53,811 nt of DNA from an uncultured delta proteobacterium (GTDB lineage Bacteria; Desulfobacterota; RBG-13-43-22), in contig CAVUPH010000023.1 in assembly GCA_963743305.1 (NCBI GenBank), positions 1 through 53,811 of the forward strand, given 5' to 3'. The notes below the pieces were generated by a model. It did not search any database, was not told the DNA's origin, and saw only the letters and a program-made list of their open reading frames with translations. Both the position numbers and the translations under genes were made by a program. This document shows, in pieces, positions 49,386-53,811 of the stretch. The stretch's first letter is position 1. Every line of letters starts with the position of its first letter.

Positions 49386-49768
49386 GTCCGTACGCAGTAA
49401 CAACTGTTTAATCTTGCGGGTTAAAGTCCCGCCCGGGGAGTTATCCGTTCACCACGGTAGTTCAAGGGAGCGGCGTCCGGGTAACCGGGGGTCGTAAGTT
49501 CCCAATTGGCAAAGCCACAGGCCGCAATGAAAATGAACCTACAGGTAGCCTCGTAATATATCAAGTGAAGATGCCGACCCAGTGGACATATGGGGAAGGC
49601 CGATGTTATGGGCTTGGAAAACGGAAGCAGCCCATGAGATCTTCCGGGGTAGCAGGGGCGGCATGTGGCGGAAGATAAACAGTCCAGTGCTGGAGACCCG
49701 AGGCGGAGATGGAAGAGGAACATAAACCGATGCGTATAAGGAGACGAAAGCGTGTTGGGCCGCACCGG
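49386..49768 (+). ncRNA. Probable 5' fragment (domain I) of a group II intron
   Basis: Starts GTCCG (GUGYG-like); contains GCGGGTTAAAGTCCCGC, GCCGACCC..GGGAAGGC and CCGGGGTAG..GGGGCGGCATGT..GGAGACCC motifs reminiscent of domain I; no RT ORF or domain V in the window. Confidence 0.55.
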
Positions 49769-49880
49769 TGTTAATTACCCCTTTATTTTGAGAGGAACTT
49801 AGCGGAATAAAGCAACCGAAAAGGGCCTTAAAAGCGGGGGCAATTGACAAAAGGAACGGCGGGAAACAAGGATTTTCTGA

Positions 49881-50132
49881 TCAAGATAAACCAACCGGGG
49901 GAAGTAACGTAGTAGCGGGGTCCGAGTGGGTATAGAACCCGGTACGACCGTAAGTGAGACCATTGCGGGAGAGTATCCGATTGATGGAACTGAGCGAGGG
50001 CAACGGTTGGATCCCCAGCAGGTTCAAGCGCTGGCGAATGGCTAGCGCCCCACACGGCAACCCCTGGTTATAGAGATGCAACCTTTTCCAGACAATCAAC
50101 CGTTCGATTTCGGCAGGAAGGAAGCGGGGCAT
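49881..50132 (-). CDS. Small HTH protein resembling an IS481 DNA-binding domain
   Basis: CGALAIRQRL....PLPSLSSINRILSRNGL; GGAGG RBS. Confidence 0.55.
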   Translation of the reverse strand: MPRFLPAEIERLIVWKRLHLYNQGLPCGALAIRQRLNLLGIQPLPSLSSINRILSRNGLTYGRTGFYTHSDPATTLLPPVGLS

Positions 50133-50194
50133 AGACCCTCCGGGAAGGACCCGGGTCCGGGGAACGGTTAAGTCCCCCGACCCGGGAAGAGCAG

Positions 50195-50998
50195 TTACCC
50201 TTCGAGGTTTTTCACCTTGAGGACCATGTCGGCGGTGACGGTACGTTTCTCAGCGAAGAGGGCATAGGTGAGGGCCGCTTCGGTGACGGCGCCGATTTTC
50301 CGGGGGATGCCGAAGCTGACCTCATGGACGGCCCGGAGGGCCTGGTCGTCGAGGAGGGGTTCCCGGGCGCCGGCCAGTTGGAGGTGGTGATCCACATAGT
50401 TTTTGGTTTCCTCGGGTTGGAGACCGGGGAGATGGTAGCGGATGGCAATCCGCTGCTGGAAGGGCTCCATGACGGCAAAGTCCATGATCCTTCTCAGGTC
50501 GGACTGACCGGAGAGGATGAGGATAAAGGGGTCGTAGGAGTCCATTTTGAAGTTGGTCAGGAGCCGGAGTTCCTCCAGGGGGCCGGTTTGGAGGAGATGG
50601 GCCTCGTCGATGATCAACAGGATGGTTTTTCCGGCCTGCTCTTTGGAGTCCAGGAGGGTTTTCTGGATCTGGAGGTAGATGGCGCTTTTGGAGAGCCGGG
50701 TCGGCAGGCCCAGGAGTCGGTTGAGATGATACAGCAGATCGGCCCGGCTGAGAGTGGACAGGGGGGTGTAGATGGGTCGGAAGAGGTTCTCATTGAGCCG
50801 GTCCACATAGGCACGCAGGGCCAGGGTTTTGCCTACCCCGGGATCGCCGGTGAGCAGCAGGATGCCTCCCCGGCGCTTGATGTATTCCAGACGGGCGAAG
50901 CACTCCTTCAACGGTTCCGTGTCGAAGAGTTCCTGGGTTTTCAGGTTCTTGTCGAAGGGAAAGCGCTTCAGGCCGAACCAGGCCAGGAGGTCCTTCAT
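50195..50998 (-). CDS. ExeA-family AAA ATPase (transposition helper)
   Basis: GDPGVGKT Walker A, LIIDEAH Walker B, LILSGQ, GIPRKI. Confidence 0.88.
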   Translation of the reverse strand: MKDLLAWFGLKRFPFDKNLKTQELFDTEPLKECFARLEYIKRRGGILLLTGDPGVGKTLALRAYVDRLNENLFRPIYTPLSTLSRADLLYHLNRLLGLPTRLSKSAIYLQIQKTLLDSKEQAGKTILLIIDEAHLLQTGPLEELRLLTNFKMDSYDPFILILSGQSDLRRIMDFAVMEPFQQRIAIRYHLPGLQPEETKNYVDHHLQLAGAREPLLDDQALRAVHEVSFGIPRKIGAVTEAALTYALFAEKRTVTADMVLKVKNLEG

Positions 50999-52252
50999 GA
51001 CCGGACCTTTTTCTGATGGAAGGAGAGCTGGGTGTTGACCTGCTGGGGCCGGAAGGTGCGGGCATTTTCCTTTTTGTCGAGGAGCTTGATCCGGCCCACT
51101 CGCACCCCGTTATCGTAGAGGTAGAGCTCCTGGGGATCATCCACCGGATGACGGAGTTCGATCTTCTGGCGGATATAGGCGGCCGGCACTTCATAGAGAG
51201 CACCTTTGAAGCTGATGGTGGCGTCATTATTGACCACCCGTCTCGTGACGGACGAGGAAGATTTCATCCAGTTCGGCCTTGGAGAGCCGCCGGATCTCTA
51301 CCCGGGAGACCGCGGACTGGTAACGGTCCATGGGGCTTTCCCCGAGGCCGCTGTGGAGTTTGTGGTGGTAATCCTCCTGGAGCCAGAGCCAGAAGGCCTG
51401 GTTGAGTTCGGCCAGGCTGATCCCGGCCTGGATCCCGGCCAGGAAGCGGTCCCTGACCGTGCGGAAGAATCGTTCCACTTTGCCCCGGGAGGGACTGTCG
51501 TAGGGTTTGGAGTGGATCAGGGAGATGCCGGCCAAGGCGCAGCTTTTGGCCAGCAAGTCCGAGGAAAAGGTCGGGCCGTTATCTAAATAAAGGCGCTTGG
51601 GCAGACCGTAACTCAGGAAGGCGTCCTTGAGGACGGGGGTCAGGGCGCTGATGGTCTCGGAGGCGTTGAAGGCCTGGCCCACCACCAGACGGGAGTGATC
51701 GTCGATGAGCGCGCACAAGATGGCTTTGTGGGAGCGGTGGCCGGACCGGACCCGGGGGCCGTGGAGGAAGTCGCCGATCCAGAGATCATTGACCTGTTCC
51801 ACCTCGAAGGCCTTGCGGATATCGGTGCGTTGGTTCACCGGGAGCCAGCCCTTCATTTTAACCAGGCGCAGGACGGTATTGTAGTGGACGGGGGGATCTC
51901 CCAAGAGGTGCAGTTCCCCCAACGTTTCGTAAAGTTTTTGGACCGAGTAATGGGGGTAGGCCTTGGCTTGGACCTCGATCGCCATTTGCAAGGAATCCTC
52001 CAGACGCCGGGGTCGGCCGCCGTCGGAGCGCTTCCGAGGTTTAAGCGCCTCAAAGCCCTGCCGACGGTATTTGCGGAGCCAGGTCTTCAGGGTGGAGACG
52101 CGGATCTTCCTGACCCCGTACCGGGGAAAGGTCAATTCCTGCCCGGCCTGTTTCCGGAAGTAGTCGTTCTGGGCCCGGGCCGGTTCGGCCAATACGGGGG
52201 AGATGATTTGGAAACGTTTGAGGGCGATTTTTTCTCGGATGTCTTCTTCCAT
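50995..52252 (-). pseudogene. DDE integrase/transposase (IS481-like with Mu-type C-terminal domain), frameshifted near 51242
   Basis: LWIGD, IDDHSR, LYLDNG, GKVERFF; C-terminal RVVNNDATISFKGALYEVP lies in another frame. Confidence 0.85.
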
Positions 52253-52475
52253 GGGTTGTTCCTCCTGGGTGATTTTTTAGGGGTCCGTACCCCGGTAGCT
52301 CCAGGAATAACTCATTCCGCTCCCGGCCGTTAGCAAGGTTGTGTAAAACCATTTCCCGAAACCGGGTGCTGGATTGCTGATTTGGAGGTGGTTGGAGGAA
52401 CGAGAGAGATAAACCGGTCGAAACCTGACCCTCCGAGGGTTGGTCAAAGGCGCCAGGGGCCGGTTTTGACCCTTT

Positions 52476-53150
52476 TTAGGATGCACCGCGGCGCTTAGGC
52501 GCCCGCTGTTGAGCAGGGATTCCCCACAGGAATCGTTTGGTGGTCCGACTGAAGCGATTGCTGAGGTCCTGAAGCCTTGGACCCCAGCGGATCTCCGGGT
52601 TCCAGCCCAGGGAGAGGAAGTAGGCCACGACTTCCTCCCAGGCTGCGCCGGGGCGCTGGGCCGTCCGGATACCGCTCAGGTCGTACCATCGTCGCAGCAC
52701 GGCGTGGGCACGCCGCAGCCCATTGCGCACCAACACCAGCCAGCAGGCCACCAGCCAGGGGGTGACCAGGCTGTCCGGGTCCACCGCCAAGACGGCGCCT
52801 TGAAAACCCTGTTCCCCTTGCTGCCGGGAGGCCAGGCCCAAAAGCAGGGCGCCGATGATGGCCGCTAACGTGTATTGGCAATAGGGAGCCAACTGGGTCG
52901 GCAACAGGGAAAACGTCAGCCGCAGAAGACGGCAGAGAAAACGGGCCACCGGAATCCGTTCTTTTTTGAACTCCGGAAAGAGCTCTTGGGCATAACGCCA
53001 GTAGCAAGGAATCGACTGATAGCAATCCGCCGGTGACAGAGGGGACAGTCCGGCCCCAGAAAGGCGAAAAAATTAATCTGACCGGACTCGAATGATTCCT
53101 TGTATTCCCAAATCGAAGCCAGTGTGTTAGGGTAGGGAAGCTGAATCGTT
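52476..53150 (-). pseudogene. DUF6431-like Zn-ribbon accessory gene, apparently frameshifted
   Basis: CPLC...Y.RY...IPVARFLC...TFSLLP.QLAPY.QYTL pieces spread over several frames; start approximate. Confidence 0.45.
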
Positions 53151-53332
53151 CAGCGCCTTGCCCACCGGAGGCAGGATTGGCCTCGACAACCTTTTTCACT
53201 GCTTCCGGTGGGTCTTGGTTATTTTAGCGAGGTTAATTCCTGACCTCGTTATTTCGCCTGCCCTTATACCACCGGTTGCTTTATCTTGTAAATATTCCCG
53301 ATTTTTCTAAAGTTATTGCGTGGGAAATAACA

Positions 53333-53452
53333 CCGGTGGCCATACCGGTGGTGGAGACCCTGGTCAGCCTCAAGGGGATGGTACCCCGGCCGAAAAAAAC
53401 TCTATCGCTGGCGGAGATGGACCGGGCCATTGCCGAGGGAGCCGGGCGGTGA
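53333..53452 (+). pseudogene. 3' remnant of an AbrB/VapB-type antitoxin
   Basis: ..LVSLKGMVPRPKKTLSLAEMDRAIAEGAGR*, overlapping the start of a PIN gene; 5' part replaced by the element end. Confidence 0.65.
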
Positions 53453-53811
53453 TCGGGCTGGACACCAATGTCCTGATACGCTATATCGTGCGGGACGACG
53501 TCGGTCAAGCCGAGGCCGCCTCCCGGTTGGTCGAGTCCGAGTGCACAGGTGAAAATCCCGGTTTGATCAATTTCATCGTGTTATGCGAACTGGTTTGGGT
53601 TTTGACCCGGGGCTACGGGTATGACCGCCTGACGACGGCCCGCGTTGTCAGGCGCCTGCTGTCCGTACAGGAACTAAGGGTCGTGGGCGCCGAATTGGCT
53701 TGGCGGGCCTTGCGGCGCTTTGAACAAGGGAAGGCCGATTTCGCTGATTACCTGATCGGGGTTTCCAATCAGGAGGGAAAGGCTTCAATAACTTACACGT
53801 TTGATCAAAAA
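53449..53811 (+). CDS. VapC PIN-domain toxin, runs off the window end
   Basis: GTG start; MIGLDTNVLIRYIVRDD...VLCELVWVL...ADFADYLI...YTFD. Confidence 0.85.
   Translation, partial: MIGLDTNVLIRYIVRDDVGQAEAASRLVESECTGENPGLINFIVLCELVWVLTRGYGYDRLTTARVVRRLLSVQELRVVGAELAWRALRRFEQGKADFADYLIGVSNQEGKASITYTFDQK

Larger units (their letters stand above)
49769..53332 (-). mobile_element. IS481/IS21-like multi-gene element (Zn-ribbon orf, DDE transposase, ExeA-type ATPase, small HTH orf) with TGT...ACA ends
   Basis: Ends TGTTAATTACCC and GGGAAATAACA, both abutting CCGG; subterminal inverted 12-mer ATAAAGCAACCG/CGGTTGCTTTAT. Confidence 0.7.

Noticed and set aside
43300-49400. Integron cassette array
   Set aside because: No intI and no convincing RYYYAAC...GTTRRRY attC sites seen; gene orientation is mixed

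Overview
GC-rich bacterial DNA, probably from an anaerobic Desulfobacterota (deltaproteobacterial) genome or MAG; this is inferred from gene content (TmcC/TmcB-like redox pair, PEP-CTERM protein, characteristic intergenic palindromes). About 1-29.8 kb is core chromosome: liv-type ABC transporter, EF-G, an S1-repeat protein, a NarI-family cytochrome plus a CCG-domain Fe-S protein with an in-frame UGA (probable selenoprotein), two dissimilar GAPDHs around an atypical ~1400-aa PPDK-like gene, pgk-tpiA-secG-tRNA-Leu, larE, mrp, efp and two Hsp20 genes. About 29.8-53.8 kb is accessory: duplicated RAYT stubs with REP-like elements, a teneurin-like NHL/YD-repeat protein whose toxin tip and immunity gene are decayed, a PEP-CTERM gene, several toxin-antitoxin modules, a metacaspase, IS4/IS110/DUF1670/group II intron remnants, and an IS481-like/ExeA element. 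The strongest candidate for an undescribed system is an intact 1,977-bp element (40081-42057) with perfect 27-bp TIRs and a 606-aa multi-zinc-finger transposase-like ORF, inserted exactly into the loop of an intrinsic terminator. All calls come from reading motifs; no searches were run.
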